A DNA stretch of 64,000 nucleotides from Fidelibacterota bacterium (lineage in GTDB: Bacteria > Fidelibacterota > Marinisomatia > Marinisomatales > JABMOV01), in the NCBI GenBank assembly GCA_046861395.1, contig JBHHUC010000004.1:14589-78588 (forward strand). The letters are read 5' to 3'. Below are positions 23,366 through 36,267 of the stretch, piece after piece. The notes beneath the pieces were generated by a model. It was not told where the DNA came from. It saw only the letters and a program-made list of their open reading frames with translations, and did not search any database. Each line of letters opens with the position of its first letter. Within the stretch, counting starts at the first letter, position 1. The position numbers and the translations under genes are program-made.

Positions 23366-26300
23366 TTAAACGCTTTCCGCTACCGGCTCAAAAGCCGTTG
23401 AATCAGAATCTTTTCCTTCAACAATAATATTTTGCAATTCCGGAAAACCGGTACCAGCCGGTATGATACGACCGATAGCGACGTTTTCTTTCAGACCACG
23501 TAAAGTGTCTGTTTTCCCGGCAGTTGCAGCATCTGTCAGGACACGGGTTGTCTCCTGGAAGGAGGCAGCTGAGAGGAAACTTTCCGTGTTTAGGGAAGCC
23601 TGAGTAATTCCCATCAGCAATGGTTCGAAGGTGGCCGGTTTCGTTTTCCTGGTCTTTACCGGCTTTTGATCATTTTCTTTTAACGCCTTGTTCAGCTCCG
23701 TCACTTCCGTCTTTTCAATCAGCATTCCTTCTTCCAGATCGGAATCACCAGGATCGGTAATGACCACCAGTTTCGCAATGCGTTCATTTTCCGCAAAGAA
23801 ATCGGGGCGATCAACCCGTTCCGTTTCCAGGAATTTGGAATCACCTGGATCAACAATTTCCACCTTCTTCATCATTTGTTTCACAATGACTTCAATGTGT
23901 TTATCATTGATGGACACACCCTGTAAACGATATACTTCCTGAATTTCATTCACTAGATATTCTCTCACGGCGCTGGGACCCAGAATCCGTAAAATATCCA
24001 CCGGTGATACGGCTCCTTCACAGAGTTGGGTACCGGCGGTGATGAAATCGCCCTCGTGGACAATAACATGTTTACCGTAGGGGATATTGTACTTGCGAAC
24101 ATCTCCGTCTGAGCTTTCAACCAGGATTTTCCGAACACCACGTTTGGTTTCACCGAATTTCACGATACCGTTAATTTCAGTGACCACGGCCAGATTAGAC
24201 GGTGTACGGGATTCAAACAATTCTGCCACTCGTGGCAAACCACCCGTAATATCCCGGGTTTTACCAATATCCTTCTGGATTTTCACAAGGGTTTCACCTC
24301 GTACAACTTTTTGCTTATCCGATACAACCAACGTAGCGCCTACCGGCAGAATGGTACCTCCGGCCAGCACTTTCCCTTCCTCGTCCGTCAATTCGATATG
24401 CGGACTTAACTGGCGGTTGCGGGATTCAATAATCACCATCTGTTTCTTGCCGCTTTCGACCGCTTCCACCTGGAAGGTTTCACCTTCAATGAAGTCTTTC
24501 AGATTTACGGTACCGGTCTGCCGCGCCAGGAGACTATCAGTGTAAGGATCCCATTGGAATAAGAGTGTATTCGCCTTGATAGTCTGTCCATCTTCCACCA
24601 GCACGGTGGCACCATAAGGCACGTTGAATTCAACTTTCACGGCATCTTTATCTTTCGGATCCACAATATTCAATTTTGCATGGCGAGACATACAACGACG
24701 GATTTTGGTACCCGTCTCATCAATGGTATCGGCATATTCATAATTTTCAGAGAACGAGATCAGACCACCGTATTTTGATTTCACTTCCGACTGTTCAATG
24801 ATGCGGGTTGCCGTTCCACCGATATGGAAAGTCCGGAGAGTCAACTGTGTGCCCGGCTCACCAATACTCTGCGCCGCCTGAATACCAACGGCGGTACCGA
24901 TGTTGACATTACGATGCAAGGCCAGATTCCAGCCATAACATTTAGCACATACACCCTGATGCGACTCACAGGTTAACACCGAACGAATTCGGATGACCTT
25001 GGCATCACTCTCGCCGATGATGGCCGCTTCTTTTTCATTGATGACCGTACCGGCTTTTATTTTCACTTCGCCGTCAATGATGAAATCATCCTGAATGGTT
25101 CGTCCCAATACCCGGTCTTTCAACGGTTCAATGATCTCCTCACCTTCCTTCAGATCGGAAACCATGATACCATTGATGGTACCGCAGTCTTCGGATGTAA
25201 TGACAACATCCTGAGCCACGTCCACCAGGCGGCGGGTCAGGTATCCGGCATCAGCCGTCTTCAGGGCCGTGTCAGCAAGACCTTTTCGGGCTCCGTGCGT
25301 GGAAATAAAGTATTCCATCACGGTCAAACCTTCTTTGAAATTAGAAGTAATGGGCGATTCGATAATTTCACCCTTACCACCAGTCATGGATTTTTGCGGT
25401 TTTGCCATCAAACCACGCATCCCGGCCAGCTGCTTGATCTGATCCTGACTGCCTCGGGCACCGGAGTCAGCCATCATAAATACCGGGTTAAACCCGTCTC
25501 TGTCCATACCTAGTTCTTCCATCATGGACGCGGCCACTCGGTTGGTAGCATGGGTCCAGACGTCAATCACCTTATTATATCGTTCTCCATCCGTCAGGAT
25601 GTGCCGATCAAATTTGGCATGGATATCATCGATGGCCTTTGAGGCTTCATCAATGATTTTTTCTTTCCTTTTAGGGACCAGAATATCGCTAATAGAGATA
25701 GATGAACCGCTTTGGGTAGCGATTCGAAAACCCAGATCTTTCAAATCATCCAGGAACATTACTGTCTTATAATTACCGGCCAGAAGATAGGTCTGGTTTA
25801 CAATAGTGCCTAGACGTTTTTTCGTAATAATATCATCAACATAGTCCACCTTATCCGGTAGGATTGAGTTGAATACAACTCGCCCGGCGGTTGTATTTTT
25901 ATACCATTTCCCTTTATGCCTGACATTGAGGATGGCATGAAGGTCCACAACCTTATTTTCCAGTGCCAGCAGGACCTCATCAAAAGATCCAAAAGATTTC
26001 CCTTCTCCCTTTGCCCCCTTTAAGGGACGGGTCAAATAGTAGGTACCCAAAACCATGTCCTGACTCGGAATGGCAATGGGACGACCATTAGCCGGATGTA
26101 AAATATTATGGCTGGCCAACATAAGTATCCGTGCCTCCATCTGAGCCTGAATGGACAACGGAACATGAACAGCCATCTGATCACCGTCAAAGTCGGCATT
26201 AAACGCGGCACATACGAGGGGATGAATCCGAATAGCTTTCCCGTCCACTAACACAGGCTGAAAAGCCTGAATACCCAGACGATGCAACGTGGGGGCACGG

Positions 26301-27616
26301 TTCAGCAGAATGGGATGATCCTTGACTACATATTCCAGCACCTCATATACGATGGGTTCCCGGTTTTCCACCATGAGTTTTGCGCTGCGGGGCGTTTGCG
26401 AATAACCCCGGTTAATCAATTCATTTACCATGTGCGGCTTGAATAATTCGAGCGCCATATTTTTCGGCAGTCCACATTCATGGAGTTTCAGATTCGGACC
26501 CACTACAATCACGGAACGACCGGAGTAATCCACCCGCTTTCCTAATAAATTCTGACGGAAACGCCCCTGTTTTCCACGCAACATATCGGATAGGGATTTC
26601 AGCGGACGACGGGTTCCAGAACGAATTGCGGTACGACGACGACTGTTATCAAACAAGGCATCGACTGCTTCTTGTAGCATCCGCTTTTCATTCCGCAAAA
26701 TGACATCCGGTGCCTTGATTTCCATCAATTGTTTCAACCGGTTGTTCCTGATAATAATACGCCGATAGAGATCGTTCAGATCACTGGCAGCAAACCGGCC
26801 TCCCTCAAGTGGGACGAGTGGTCTTAATTCCGGCGGGATAACCGGAAGAACCGAAACCACCATCCATTCCGGACGATTGATTCGTTTCTTCATTCCGTCG
26901 GGCAAAAATTCCTTGACCACCTTCAGCCGCTTCAAGGCATCACTGCGTTTTTGCTTGGACCGTGAATTGGCAATAATTTCCTGCAGATCTTTCTGCAAAT
27001 CATATAAATTTAGACGGGATAGAACTTCCCGCAGTGCTTCACCACCCATGGCAGCATAAAAATAATCCTCGTTGTCCCTATCCTCATCACTGACAGCGTA
27101 GTATCCGAATTCTCTTTCCAATTCAAGGTATTCTTCTTCCGCGATCATTTCCAGCGGTTCTTTGCCGCTTTTTCCCGGCTCAATCACGATGAACGATTCA
27201 TAATAGATTATTCGTTCCAGATCTTTCGTACTCAGACCAACCAGGTAACTCAATTTGGACGGAATGGATTTCAGGTACCAGATATGAACGACCGGCACTG
27301 CTAACGTAATGTGGCCCATCCGTTCCCGGCGTACTTTCTTCCGAGTCACTTCCACGCCACAACGGTCACAAATAATTCCGCGATACCGGATACCTTTGTA
27401 TTTACCGCAATGACATTCGTAATCCCTTACCGGCCCAAAGATTTTTTCACAGAATAATCCGTCTTTTTCGGGTTTATAGGAACGGTAATTAATGGTTTCC
27501 GGTTTGATTACCTCGCCGTAAGAGCGCGCCAGGATGGTTTCCGGAGAAGCCAATCCGATGGTAATTGCGGAATAATTCTTGGTCGTATCGATTTTGGTTG
27601 ATTGGATGTACGTCAA
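23366..27616 (-). CDS. rpoC: RNA polymerase beta' subunit
   Basis: N-terminal Zn finger, [22 protein letters not shown] start after GAGGAGAGG. Confidence 0.99.
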   Translation of the reverse strand: MTYIQSTKIDTTKNYSAITIGLASPETILARSYGEVIKPETINYRSYKPEKDGLFCEKIFGPVRDYECHCGKYKGIRYRGIICDRCGVEVTRKKVRRERMGHITLAVPVVHIWYLKSIPSKLSYLVGLSTKDLERIIYYESFIVIEPGKSGKEPLEMIAEEEYLELEREFGYYAVSDEDRDNEDYFYAAMGGEALREVLSRLNLYDLQKDLQEIIANSRSKQKRSDALKRLKVVKEFLPDGMKKRINRPEWMVVSVLPVIPPELRPLVPLEGGRFAASDLNDLYRRIIIRNNRLKQLMEIKAPDVILRNEKRMLQEAVDALFDNSRRRTAIRSGTRRPLKSLSDMLRGKQGRFRQNLLGKRVDYSGRSVIVVGPNLKLHECGLPKNMALELFKPHMVNELINRGYSQTPRSAKLMVENREPIVYEVLEYVVKDHPILLNRAPTLHRLGIQAFQPVLVDGKAIRIHPLVCAAFNADFDGDQMAVHVPLSIQAQMEARILMLASHNILHPANGRPIAIPSQDMVLGTYYLTRPLKGAKGEGKSFGSFDEVLLALENKVVDLHAILNVRHKGKWYKNTTAGRVVFNSILPDKVDYVDDIITKKRLGTIVNQTYLLAGNYKTVMFLDDLKDLGFRIATQSGSSISISDILVPKRKEKIIDEASKAIDDIHAKFDRHILTDGERYNKVIDVWTHATNRVAASMMEELGMDRDGFNPVFMMADSGARGSQDQIKQLAGMRGLMAKPQKSMTGGKGEIIESPITSNFKEGLTVMEYFISTHGARKGLADTALKTADAGYLTRRLVDVAQDVVITSEDCGTINGIMVSDLKEGEEIIEPLKDRVLGRTIQDDFIIDGEVKIKAGTVINEKEAAIIGESDAKVIRIRSVLTCESHQGVCAKCYGWNLALHRNVNIGTAVGIQAAQSIGEPGTQLTLRTFHIGGTATRIIEQSEVKSKYGGLISFSENYEYADTIDETGTKIRRCMSRHAKLNIVDPKDKDAVKVEFNVPYGATVLVEDGQTIKANTLLFQWDPYTDSLLARQTGTVNLKDFIEGETFQVEAVESGKKQMVIIESRNRQLSPHIELTDEEGKVLAGGTILPVGATLVVSDKQKVVRGETLVKIQKDIGKTRDITGGLPRVAELFESRTPSNLAVVTEINGIVKFGETKRGVRKILVESSDGDVRKYNIPYGKHVIVHEGDFITAGTQLCEGAVSPVDILRILGPSAVREYLVNEIQEVYRLQGVSINDKHIEVIVKQMMKKVEIVDPGDSKFLETERVDRPDFFAENERIAKLVVITDPGDSDLEEGMLIEKTEVTELNKALKENDQKPVKTRKTKPATFEPLLMGITQASLNTESFLSAASFQETTRVLTDAATAGKTDTLRGLKENVAIGRIIPAGTGFPELQNIIVEGKDSDSTAFEPVAESV

Positions 27617-27626
27617 AATCCTCTCC

Positions 27627-30600
27627 TCAATCTAATTCTATGTCAATACCCAGACCCTGAAGTTCTTTTATCAGAACATTAAAGGATTCAGGCGATCCAT
27701 AGGGAGGCATATCCTCTCCACGGACAATTGCATTATATACCTTGGACCGACCCTCAACGTCGTCAGATTTGACCGTAAGGATCTCTTGAAGTGTATGGGC
27801 AGCACCATAGGCTTCCAGTGCCCAGACTTCCATTTCACCAAACCTCTGTCCGCCGAACTGGGCTTTTCCACCTAACGGCTGCTGGGTAATGAGTGAGTAT
27901 GGTCCGGTGGATCGGGCATGCATTTTATCTTCCACCATGTGGCTGAGTTTCATCATGTAGATCACCCCGACTGTAACCGGATTATCTATCCGCTCACCGG
28001 TCTGACCGTCAATGAGGTAAGCTTTCCCAGTGTGAGGAATACCGGCTTTCTTCATTTCGGCTTCCACTTCCGCCGGTGTGGCACCATTAAATACAGGTGT
28101 ATCATACGACACTCCCAGAATATCACCGGCCCAGCCTAACATGGTTTCATAGAGCTGACCCAGGTTCATACGAGAAGGAACACCCAAAGGATTCAATACA
28201 ATATCCAGTGGAGTACCGTCCTCGGTAAATGGCATATCCTCCTCAGGAACAACCGCCGCTACAACACCCTTGTTTCCATGACGGCCGGCCATTTTATCAC
28301 CAATTTGGATTTTGCGCTTATTTGCCACATATACCTTGGCGAGCTTCAGGATGCCGGGTTGTAATTCATCACCAACACGTAATTTGAATATTTCACGTTC
28401 CAGGTCGTCTTCAATTCGTTTCCATTCGATTCGGAAAATCCGCCAGACTGTTTGAACCTTTTTCCAAGCCTTATCATCTTCAACCCAGGGTGTATCCTGT
28501 GCGAAGCGTTCCAAATCATAGGATTTCAATCGTTTATCGGTAAGGCGTGTGCCCTTTTTAATCAGTGTTTTCCCGGAAGATTTATCTCGAATACCGTATG
28601 AAATTTCATCGCGCAGCAATTCCATTAATTTATTATCACGCGATACCTTCAGGGCTTTTTTCCGTTCCCGGGTATTTTTCTGCAATTCATCCAGCTTTGT
28701 CCTGTCATCCAACTTGGAACGAGTACCGCGTTTCTCAAAAAGTTTGGTATTGATTACAACACCTTTGATACCCGGCTCAGCGCGTTTGGAAGCATCTTTC
28801 ACATCTCCTGCTTTCTCACCAAAGATTGCACGCAGAAGTTTTTCTTCCGGTGTTGGATCCGTTTCCCCTTTCGGGGTTACTTTTCCGATCAGAATATCGC
28901 TTTCCTTTACTTTGGCACCGATGCGAACAATACCATTCTCATCCAAGTCTTTCGTCGCTTCTTCACTAACATTGGGAATTTCCGGAGTCAGTTCCTCCTC
29001 TCCCCGTTTCGTATCCCGCACTTCCAATTCGATTTCACTTATATGCAGAGAGGTGAATACGTCATCCTTAACTAGCCGTTCGCTGATGATAATGGCATCT
29101 TCGAAGTTGTAACCGCGCCATGGCATAAAAGCCACCTTGACATTTCGGCCCAGTGCCAGCCGTCCTCCATCGGTGGAGGCTCCATCGGCAATAGCCTGCC
29201 CTTTTTTCACACGCTGTCCAACTTTGACAATTGGTTTTTGATTGTGACAAGTATTCTGGTTCGAACGCTGGTATTTCTTCAATTTCAACTCAACCAGGTT
29301 CTGGCCCTCCATAAGATTCAATTCTTCGGGAATGTCCTCGATCTTCATGATGATCCGTTCCGAATCCACATAGATGATTTCACCATTGCTCGGAGCCGTA
29401 AGTGTGGCACGGGAGTCAATGGCAACCTTAGATTCGATACCGGTACCTACAATCGGAGCCTCCGGTACCAATAAAGGAACCGATTGCCGTTGCATATTGG
29501 ACCCCATCAAGGCACGATTGGCATCATCGTGCTCCAAGAAAGGAATCAGAGCGGCCGCTACACTGAGAATCTGGTTCGGTGTGACATCCATGTATTGTAC
29601 CTGTTCGGACGGCACGATGGGAAAATCTCCCCGTATCCTAACCCGTAGACGCTCCTCTTCAATAACACCACTTTTCTTTAACTGACGGTTAGCCTGGGCA
29701 ATTAATACGCGGTCCTCGTCATCAGCTGATAAATATTCTACTTCGTTGGTAACCTTTGCTTTTCCACGGACTTCCACCACCTTGCGATACGGTGCTTCAA
29801 TAAAACCATGCCAGTTGACTTTCGCCAACAAGGCAAGGGATGAAATCAAACCGATGTTGGGTCCTTCCGGTGTTTCAATGGGACAGAGACGGCCATAATG
29901 TGTATAATGAACATCACGGACTTCAAATCCGGCCCGTTCCCGTGTCAGACCACCGGGACCTAACGCCGAGATCCGCCGTTTATGCGTGATTTCCGCTAAA
30001 GGATTGGTCTGGTCGCCAAACTGGGATAATTGGCTGGTGCCGAAGAAAGTGTTAATCACCGTCGTCACCACCCGTGAGTTAATGAGATCCTGCGGTGTAA
30101 TCGATTCCGATTCACGAAGATTCATACGCTCATGAATGGTCCTAATCATACGGCTCAAAGCAGTAGCAAATTGATCTTTCAACTGCTCACCGATAGTGCG
30201 AACGCGACGATTCCCCAGATGGTCAATATCATCGGTTCCCCGGGCACCACGGCGCAAATCAATCAAAGTATTCAACACCTGGATGATATCATCCATGGTC
30301 AACACTGTACTTTCTACCGGAACATCCAGATCGAATTGCTGATTCAGACGATAACGTCCGACCTGACCCAGATCATATTTTTTCGGGCTGAAGAAGATAC
30401 GTTCGATGAATTTCTGTGCCGTTTCCAGGTTCGGTGGTTCACCGGAGCGTAATAACTGATACACAACCTCCAGCGCTTCTTCCGTGTTGCGGGTAGGATC
30501 TTTCTCCATCGTATTCAATAACAGCATGGAAGAAAATTCATTTTCACCGTCGACAACTTCCACTGATTTTATCTTTGCTGCCAGCAGCATATCGACATTT

Positions 30601-31400
30601 TCTTGGTCAATAACCGTCCCGCTTTCCACAAAAATTTCACCGGTCAATTCATCTACGATATCACGGACTACCGTTTTGCCCAGCGCATCTTTGCCATCCT
30701 TTTTCAGCTTCACAACCTGGATGGATTTGAAAGCCCGGAAGATATCTTCGTTAGTTGAAAATCCCAGGGCCCGCAACAACATTGTCACGGGGAATTTCCG
30801 GCGACGGTCAATTATTACAAACAGGCAATCGTTGATATCAGTCGTAAAATCGACCCATGAACCTCGAATCGGTATGATGCGGGCCTGATACAGCTTGGTA
30901 CCGTTGGGATGCGTTGTTTCGTCAAAGAATACACCGGGCGACCGCTGCAACTGACTGACTACAACACGTTCCGCACCATTAATGATGAAGGTACCTTTTT
31001 CCGTCATGTAGGGAATGTTACCGAAATAGACATCTTGTTCGATGGATTGATCGAATTCATTACGGTTTTCTTCGTTGGTGATATGCAACACCAACTTCAC
31101 CTTCAGCGGTGCAAAATAGGTTACACCACGATCAATACATTCTTCCGGTGAATATTTCGGCGTTCCAAGGAAATAACTCTTGTATTCCAAGACATAATTC
31201 CGGTGGGAATCTTCAATTGGAAATACACTTTGGAACACCTCTTCCAATCCGATGGGAACACGCTTTTCTTCAATAGCGTGTTCCTGGAGGAAAAGTTTAT
31301 ACGATTCCGTCTGAATAGACAGAAGATCAGGTATCTGGACGAAAGAGTCAATTTTCTGAAATGATACTCTTTCAGCCAATCCTCGCTTAGTGGCTCCCAA
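27627..31400 (-). CDS. rpoB: RNA polymerase beta subunit
   Basis: [37 protein letters not shown] start after GGAGG. Confidence 0.99.
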   Translation of the reverse strand: MGATKRGLAERVSFQKIDSFVQIPDLLSIQTESYKLFLQEHAIEEKRVPIGLEEVFQSVFPIEDSHRNYVLEYKSYFLGTPKYSPEECIDRGVTYFAPLKVKLVLHITNEENRNEFDQSIEQDVYFGNIPYMTEKGTFIINGAERVVVSQLQRSPGVFFDETTHPNGTKLYQARIIPIRGSWVDFTTDINDCLFVIIDRRRKFPVTMLLRALGFSTNEDIFRAFKSIQVVKLKKDGKDALGKTVVRDIVDELTGEIFVESGTVIDQENVDMLLAAKIKSVEVVDGENEFSSMLLLNTMEKDPTRNTEEALEVVYQLLRSGEPPNLETAQKFIERIFFSPKKYDLGQVGRYRLNQQFDLDVPVESTVLTMDDIIQVLNTLIDLRRGARGTDDIDHLGNRRVRTIGEQLKDQFATALSRMIRTIHERMNLRESESITPQDLINSRVVTTVINTFFGTSQLSQFGDQTNPLAEITHKRRISALGPGGLTRERAGFEVRDVHYTHYGRLCPIETPEGPNIGLISSLALLAKVNWHGFIEAPYRKVVEVRGKAKVTNEVEYLSADDEDRVLIAQANRQLKKSGVIEEERLRVRIRGDFPIVPSEQVQYMDVTPNQILSVAAALIPFLEHDDANRALMGSNMQRQSVPLLVPEAPIVGTGIESKVAIDSRATLTAPSNGEIIYVDSERIIMKIEDIPEELNLMEGQNLVELKLKKYQRSNQNTCHNQKPIVKVGQRVKKGQAIADGASTDGGRLALGRNVKVAFMPWRGYNFEDAIIISERLVKDDVFTSLHISEIELEVRDTKRGEEELTPEIPNVSEEATKDLDENGIVRIGAKVKESDILIGKVTPKGETDPTPEEKLLRAIFGEKAGDVKDASKRAEPGIKGVVINTKLFEKRGTRSKLDDRTKLDELQKNTRERKKALKVSRDNKLMELLRDEISYGIRDKSSGKTLIKKGTRLTDKRLKSYDLERFAQDTPWVEDDKAWKKVQTVWRIFRIEWKRIEDDLEREIFKLRVGDELQPGILKLAKVYVANKRKIQIGDKMAGRHGNKGVVAAVVPEEDMPFTEDGTPLDIVLNPLGVPSRMNLGQLYETMLGWAGDILGVSYDTPVFNGATPAEVEAEMKKAGIPHTGKAYLIDGQTGERIDNPVTVGVIYMMKLSHMVEDKMHARSTGPYSLITQQPLGGKAQFGGQRFGEMEVWALEAYGAAHTLQEILTVKSDDVEGRSKVYNAIVRGEDMPPYGSPESFNVLIKELQGLGIDIELD

Positions 31401-31459
31401 GAAAGCCTCCTTTGTTACGGGTTATACTTAAATAAGGGTAGATAAGGATCGGTAACCCT

Positions 31460-31837
31460 TTATTTGAGTTCGACAGTGGCCCCTGCTTCTTCTAACTGCG
31501 CTTTGACTTCTTCAGCTTCGGCTGCGGAAATCCCTTCTTTCACAGCTTTAGGTGCACTATCGACCAGTTCTTTCGCGTCTTTAAGACCCAAACTGGTAAT
31601 TGCCCGAACAACTTTGATCACATTGATCTTGGCCTGGCCGGCGGATGTCAAGACGACATCGAATTCGGTTTTTTCTTCTTCAGCGGCTTCTCCTCCGCCG
31701 GCAGGTGCTGCAGCAACTGCAACGGGGGCGGCGGCGGTAACACCGAATTTATCCTCGATCTCTTTGATGAGTTCAGAGATCTCAACCATATTGGCTTCTT
31801 CGAGATAATTAAGAACATCTGCTCTGGAAACAGCCAT
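31460..31837 (-). CDS. rplL: 50S ribosomal protein L7/L12
   Basis: Ala-rich hinge, [16 protein letters not shown]. Confidence 0.98.
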   Translation of the reverse strand: MAVSRADVLNYLEEANMVEISELIKEIEDKFGVTAAAPVAVAAAPAGGGEAAEEEKTEFDVVLTSAGQAKINVIKVVRAITSLGLKDAKELVDSAPKAVKEGISAAEAEEVKAQLEEAGATVELK

Positions 31838-31868
31838 TACCTCACTCCTTAGCTTTTATTCGTTTATG

Positions 31869-32384
31869 TTATGATTTTTTGTCTTTTAAACTCGTCAACA
31901 CACCAACGAATTCCGTCAGTGATGCGCTGAACGTGCGAACCAATTTCGTCATTGGACTCTGTAAGGTCGCAACCAAAGTAGACAACAATTCTTCCCGCGA
32001 TGGTAAATCAGCGAGTCGTTTAAATTCTTCACCCCCCAGCAATTCGCCCTCAAAAAGGATTCCCTTTACAGATGGCATATCATTGGTTTTAGTGAAATTC
32101 TTCAGTACACGGGCCGGGGCCGTCGGTTCGCCGTAGGAAATCGCAATGGCCGTCGGGCCCTGCAACACTTCATCTAATCCGGTTATTTCATGTTCTCCTG
32201 CGGCAATCTTAATTAACGTGTTTTTTGCGACCGTATATTCCACATCGGCTTCATAAAACTTCCGTCGCAAGTCGGTAATACTGGCAACATCCAATCCAAG
32301 ATAATCGGTAAAATAAACGGCCTTCGCCTTCTCAAATTTTGATGACAATTTCTCTACAGCTGAAATATTTTTTGAATTTGGCAT
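31869..32384 (-). CDS. rplJ: 50S ribosomal protein L10
   Basis: DYLGL, VAKNTL, GPTAI, LPSREEL. Confidence 0.97.
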   Translation of the reverse strand: MPNSKNISAVEKLSSKFEKAKAVYFTDYLGLDVASITDLRRKFYEADVEYTVAKNTLIKIAAGEHEITGLDEVLQGPTAIAISYGEPTAPARVLKNFTKTNDMPSVKGILFEGELLGGEEFKRLADLPSREELLSTLVATLQSPMTKLVRTFSASLTEFVGVLTSLKDKKS

Positions 32385-32387
32385 TTC

Positions 32388-33077
32388 CTACCTCAGACTT
32401 GCAATATCAATGGTTATACCGGGACCCATGGTGGACGACAAGGTGACCTTTTTGATATATTGTCCTTTTACAGCTGCCGGACGGGCTTTCAATAAGGTAC
32501 TGTAAATCGTTTTAATATTTTCGACCAAATGATCCTTTTCAAATGAAAGCTTGCCACAGGCAGCATGAACAATTCCCGTTTTTTCGACACGCAATTCAAT
32601 CTTTCCGGCTTTTATTTCCTTCACGGCTGTCGCGACATCCATCGTAACCGTTCCGCTTTTCGGGTTCGGCATCAATCCCCGCGGACCCAAAATACGGCCC
32701 AGCTTACCCAGTTCCGGCATCATATCAGGGGTGGCGACAATCTTGTCCACATCAGCCCAACCGGCTTTAATTTTTTCAAAATATTCCTTATTGCCCACAA
32801 AATCAGCGCCGGCATCCTTTGCTTCCTGCTCCTTGGGTCCACTGGTAATAACCAGTACACGTACATTTTTACCGGTACCATACGGTAATCCGGTGGTAAC
32901 ACGGATGTTCTGGTCGGCGTGACGGGGGTCGACCCCCAAGTTCACAGCAATATCGACCGTTTCATCAAATTTTGTTTGTTTTAATTCCTTGAGAGTATCA
33001 ACGGCCTGTTCAACCACATAGGTTTGATATTTATCGAACTTTTCATTGATAACTTTTTTTGCTTTCGTAAGTTTCAT
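32388..33077 (-). CDS. rplA: 50S ribosomal protein L1
   Basis: KFDETV, LGPRGLMPNPK, STMGP. Confidence 0.98.
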   Translation of the reverse strand: MKLTKAKKVINEKFDKYQTYVVEQAVDTLKELKQTKFDETVDIAVNLGVDPRHADQNIRVTTGLPYGTGKNVRVLVITSGPKEQEAKDAGADFVGNKEYFEKIKAGWADVDKIVATPDMMPELGKLGRILGPRGLMPNPKSGTVTMDVATAVKEIKAGKIELRVEKTGIVHAACGKLSFEKDHLVENIKTIYSTLLKARPAAVKGQYIKKVTLSSTMGPGITIDIASLR

Positions 33078-33083
33078 CGCGAT

Positions 33084-33509
33084 CTACTCAATCACTTCAA
33101 TGCCCATTGAACGGGCTGTTCCCCGGATCATATTCATTGCCTGGTCAATCGTATTGGCATTCAGATCCTTCATTTTGATTTCGGCAATGTTACGTAAATC
33201 ATCTACGGTAACCTTGCCCACCTTGTCCCGATTCGGTTCGGCGGACCCTTTTCCCAGATTCGCAGCTTTCAACAACAATGTGGAAGCCGGCGGCGTTTTG
33301 GTAATAAAGGTATAACTCCGATCAGCATATACAGTAATCTCAACCGGTATAATCATCCCGGGCTGGTCCTGCGTAGCAGCATTAAACGCTTTACAAAAAT
33401 CCATGATATTCACACTGTGCTGACCTAGAGCAGGCCCTACCGGCGGGGCGGGATTCGCTTTCCCAGCCGGAATCTGCAATTTAATAAACCCAACTACTTT
33501 TTTTGCCAT
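33084..33509 (-). CDS. rplK: 50S ribosomal protein L11
   Basis: [19 protein letters not shown]. Confidence 0.98.
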   Translation of the reverse strand: MAKKVVGFIKLQIPAGKANPAPPVGPALGQHSVNIMDFCKAFNAATQDQPGMIIPVEITVYADRSYTFITKTPPASTLLLKAANLGKGSAEPNRDKVGKVTVDDLRNIAEIKMKDLNANTIDQAMNMIRGTARSMGIEVIE

Positions 33510-33518
33510 TGTTAATCT

Positions 33519-34046
33519 TTACTTTTCCAATTCAACCTGTAAGAAATCCAATTCAATCGGTGTCGGCCGACCAAAAATGCTGACCGAAACCTTTAATTTT
33601 TGTTTTTCATTGTTAATTTCCTGGACATATCCCAGAAAATCCATAAACGGTCCGTCCACCACCTTAACTGCGTCACCCACCTTAAAGGGATGAGTAACCA
33701 CTTCCTGTCCTTCTCCGGCCTCAACAACACCCAGAATCCGATTGACTTCTTCCGGTTTCAGAGGTTGTGGGTTTCCTTTCGGTCCGACAAAACTCATAAT
33801 GCCGTTTATGTTTTCCACCAGATAGCGCGTTTCATTGTTCAATTCCATCTTAACCAGCATATATCCCGGGAAAAATACTTTGTTTTTTACCTTCTTTTTC
33901 CCATCCCGCATTTCAACAATATTCTCTGACGGAACCAGGACCTCCGGGATTAATTCCTCCATGCCAGCATGTTCAATTTCCAGCTTGAAAGCATCACGGA
34001 TTTTTTTCTCCTTACCGGAGATTACTCGCAGGGTATACCACTCCAT
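33519..34046 (-). CDS. nusG: Transcription termination/antitermination factor NusG
   Basis: WY-SGKEKK, FFPGY, KOW motif, IFGRPTP; start moved to ATG 34046. Confidence 0.97.
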   Translation of the reverse strand: MEWYTLRVISGKEKKIRDAFKLEIEHAGMEELIPEVLVPSENIVEMRDGKKKVKNKVFFPGYMLVKMELNNETRYLVENINGIMSFVGPKGNPQPLKPEEVNRILGVVEAGEGQEVVTHPFKVGDAVKVVDGPFMDFLGYVQEINNEKQKLKVSVSIFGRPTPIELDFLQVELEK

Positions 34047-34047
34047 A

Positions 34048-34230
34048 TCAGAGTACGTAAGCAATAACGCGGTTTAAGATAAAGTCAACAATAAACAGAA
34101 ATACGGCCAGCATGAGAGATAAGGACAGAACGATGTAGGTCGATCCTTTCAGCTCCTCCCAACTGGGCCAGGAAACTTTATTCATTTCCACACGAACGCT
34201 TTCCAAAAAGCTTTTAATTTTTTCAAACAT
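34048..34230 (-). CDS. secE: Preprotein translocase subunit SecE
   Basis: EMNKVSWPS plus one TM helix; lies between tRNA-Trp and nusG. Confidence 0.95.
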   Translation of the reverse strand: MFEKIKSFLESVRVEMNKVSWPSWEELKGSTYIVLSLSLMLAVFLFIVDFILNRVIAYVL

Positions 34231-34278
34231 TATACCGAATTCCTGTTTCGCTATCTCGGTTGACTAATTTTTTCGTTG

Positions 34279-34351
34279 CAGGAGCGGCAGGAATCGAACC
34301 CGCAACCCCCGGTTTTGGAGACCGGTGCTCTGCCAGTTGAGCTACGCTCCT
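34279..34351 (-). tRNA. tRNA-Trp (CCA anticodon)
   Basis: Acceptor stem AGGAGCG/CGCTCCT, anticodon loop CTCCAAA, T-loop TTCGATT; 3' CCA not encoded. Confidence 0.96.
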
Positions 34352-34386
34352 ATCAAATAACAACGGATCAATCCGTAGGACAATAT

Positions 34387-34551
34387 TTATTTCGTCTCCT
34401 TGAACATCACATGCTTCCGAATGACCGGATCATACTTTTTGTATTCAACACGCTCAGGATGACGACGACGACTTTTTGTAATCGTATACCGATATCCAGT
34501 ACCAGCCGTACTTTCAATGTGGATAATATTCCGTTTACTGTTTCCAGCCAC
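34387..34551 (-). CDS. rpmG: 50S ribosomal protein L33 (Cys-free type)
   Basis: Below the ORF-track cutoff; GTG start; [54 protein letters not shown]. Confidence 0.95.
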   Translation of the reverse strand: MAGNSKRNIIHIESTAGTGYRYTITKSRRRHPERVEYKKYDPVIRKHVMFKETK

Positions 34552-35761
34552 GTTTCAGTCCTTACTTAATTATCTCCGTTACAACACCGGCTCCCACCGT
34601 ATGCCCTCCTTCACGAATCGCAAAGCGCAATTCCTTATCCATCGCAATCGGGGTTATCAACTCTACCGTTAATTCCACCTGATCACCTGGCATCACCATC
34701 TCCGTTCCCTCCGGCAAATGGGCCACTCCCGTGACATCCGTCGTACGGAAGTAAAACTGCGGCCGATATCCATCAAAAAACGGTGTGTGACGTCCGCCCT
34801 CTTCCTTCTTCAACACATACACATTGGCCTTGAAATTCGTATGCGGTGTAATACTCCCCGGTTTGGCCAATACCATCCCGCGGGATAATTCGTCCTTGTC
34901 CACACCACGCAGCAATAATCCGGCATTATCTCCGGCACGACCTTCATCCAATATCTTACGGAACATCTCAACACCGGTACATACCGTCTTGCGATGAACC
35001 CCCATACCAAGAATCTCTAACTCATCACCAACCTTCACGATTCCGCGCTCAATACGTCCCGTACCCACCGTACCACGACCGGTAATGCTGAATACATCTT
35101 CCACCGGCATTAAAAACGGCTTATCAATATCACGCTTCGGTTCCGGAATAAAGCTGTCACAGGCATCCAGTAATTCCACGATCGATTTCGTCGCCTCTGC
35201 ATCACTAGGATTATTCAGTGCCGTTAATGCACTCCCCATGATAATCGGGGTATCATCCCCCGGAAATTCATATTCATTCAATAAATCACGTAATTCCATC
35301 TCCACCAGCTCCAACAGCTCCGGATCATCCACCTGGTCTGTCTTATTCATATAAACCACAATGCTGGGAACATTCACCTGGCGAGCCAACAATACATGCT
35401 CACGGGTCTGCGGCATGGGACCATCGGCGGCACTTACTACCAGAATCGCGCCATCCATCTGAGCGGCTCCCGTGATCATGTTCTTGATATAATCCGCATG
35501 GCCCGGACAATCCACATGGGCATAATGACGATTCTCCGTCTCATACTCCACATGAGCCGTCTGGATCGTAATACCACGCTCACGCTCTTCCGGAGCGTTA
35601 TCAATCGAATCAAATGACCGTACCTCTGACATCCCGCGGGCACCCTGTACCAGAGTGATTGCCGCCGTTAATGTCGTCTTACCATGATCTACATGACCTA
35701 TCGTTCCGATGTTTATATGAGGCTTCGTCCTCTCAAATTTTGCCTTTGACATGGGTCCTCC
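34549..35761. repeat. Copy 2 of the 1213-bp tuf direct repeat
   Basis: Matches 19112..20324. Confidence 0.9.
34562..35752 (-). CDS. tuf: Elongation factor Tu (tRNA-linked copy)
   Basis: Protein identical to 19125..20315. Confidence 0.99.
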   Translation of the reverse strand: MSKAKFERTKPHINIGTIGHVDHGKTTLTAAITLVQGARGMSEVRSFDSIDNAPEERERGITIQTAHVEYETENRHYAHVDCPGHADYIKNMITGAAQMDGAILVVSAADGPMPQTREHVLLARQVNVPSIVVYMNKTDQVDDPELLELVEMELRDLLNEYEFPGDDTPIIMGSALTALNNPSDAEATKSIVELLDACDSFIPEPKRDIDKPFLMPVEDVFSITGRGTVGTGRIERGIVKVGDELEILGMGVHRKTVCTGVEMFRKILDEGRAGDNAGLLLRGVDKDELSRGMVLAKPGSITPHTNFKANVYVLKKEEGGRHTPFFDGYRPQFYFRTTDVTGVAHLPEGTEMVMPGDQVELTVELITPIAMDKELRFAIREGGHTVGAGVVTEIIK

Positions 35762-35783
35762 GTACCATTTTAGTTATTTCCTG

Positions 35784-35856
<73 letters not shown>

Positions 35857-35895
35857 AAGCTCAGCGTTGCGACTTAAATGTTGTGCGTAATGTTG

Positions 35896-35968
35896 AGCGG
35901 GCAACGAGATTCGAACTCGCGACCCTCAGCTTGGAAGGCTGATGCTCTACCAACTGAGCTACACCCGC
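35896..35968 (-). tRNA. tRNA-Gly (TCC)
   Basis: Acceptor stem GCGGGTG/TGCCCGC, anticodon arm TCAGC-CTTCCAA-GCTGA. Confidence 0.96.
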
Positions 35969-35972
35969 AATG

Positions 35973-36055
35973 TGGGGAGAGAAGGATTCGAACCTCCGTA
36001 GGCGTTCGCCGGCAGATTTACAGTCTGCTGCCATTGACCGCTCGGCCATCTCCCC
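35973..36055 (-). tRNA. tRNA-Tyr (GTA)
   Basis: Acceptor stem GGGGAGA/TCTCCCC, anticodon arm GCAGA-CTGTAAA-TCTGC, long variable arm. Confidence 0.96.
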
Positions 36056-36083
36056 AAAGGTTTAACCACTATTCGATCTGATG

Positions 36084-36156
36084 AGCCACCGGAGGGACTC
36101 GAACCCCCGACCAACTGATTACAAATCAGTCGCTCTACCAACTGAGCTACGGTGGC
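36084..36156 (-). tRNA. tRNA-Thr (TGT)
   Basis: Acceptor stem GCCACCG/CGGTGGC, anticodon arm ACTGA-TTTGTAA-TCAGT. Confidence 0.96.
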
Positions 36157-36267
36157 AATTCACTCGCCTGCAGCCATTCAGGGATGGTTCAGATCAACCA
36201 GTTGGTCTTTTCTACCTTATCAAATAACGAAAGAACGCACTAATTTTTAAGCGCAGCAGAGCCTCGT

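Noticed and set aside
32384..32388. L10 leader before rplJ and S10 leader before rpsJ
   Set aside because: The gaps are only 3 and 10 bp, leaving no room for the leader structures
34276..34569. 97-aa plus-strand ORF, and the ORFs at 35861..36141
   Set aside because: They overlap tRNA genes and rpmG; artefacts
36157..36240. Imperfect inverted repeats in the tRNA-operon leader as a possible ncRNA
   Set aside because: Short, mismatched stems with no family-defining features
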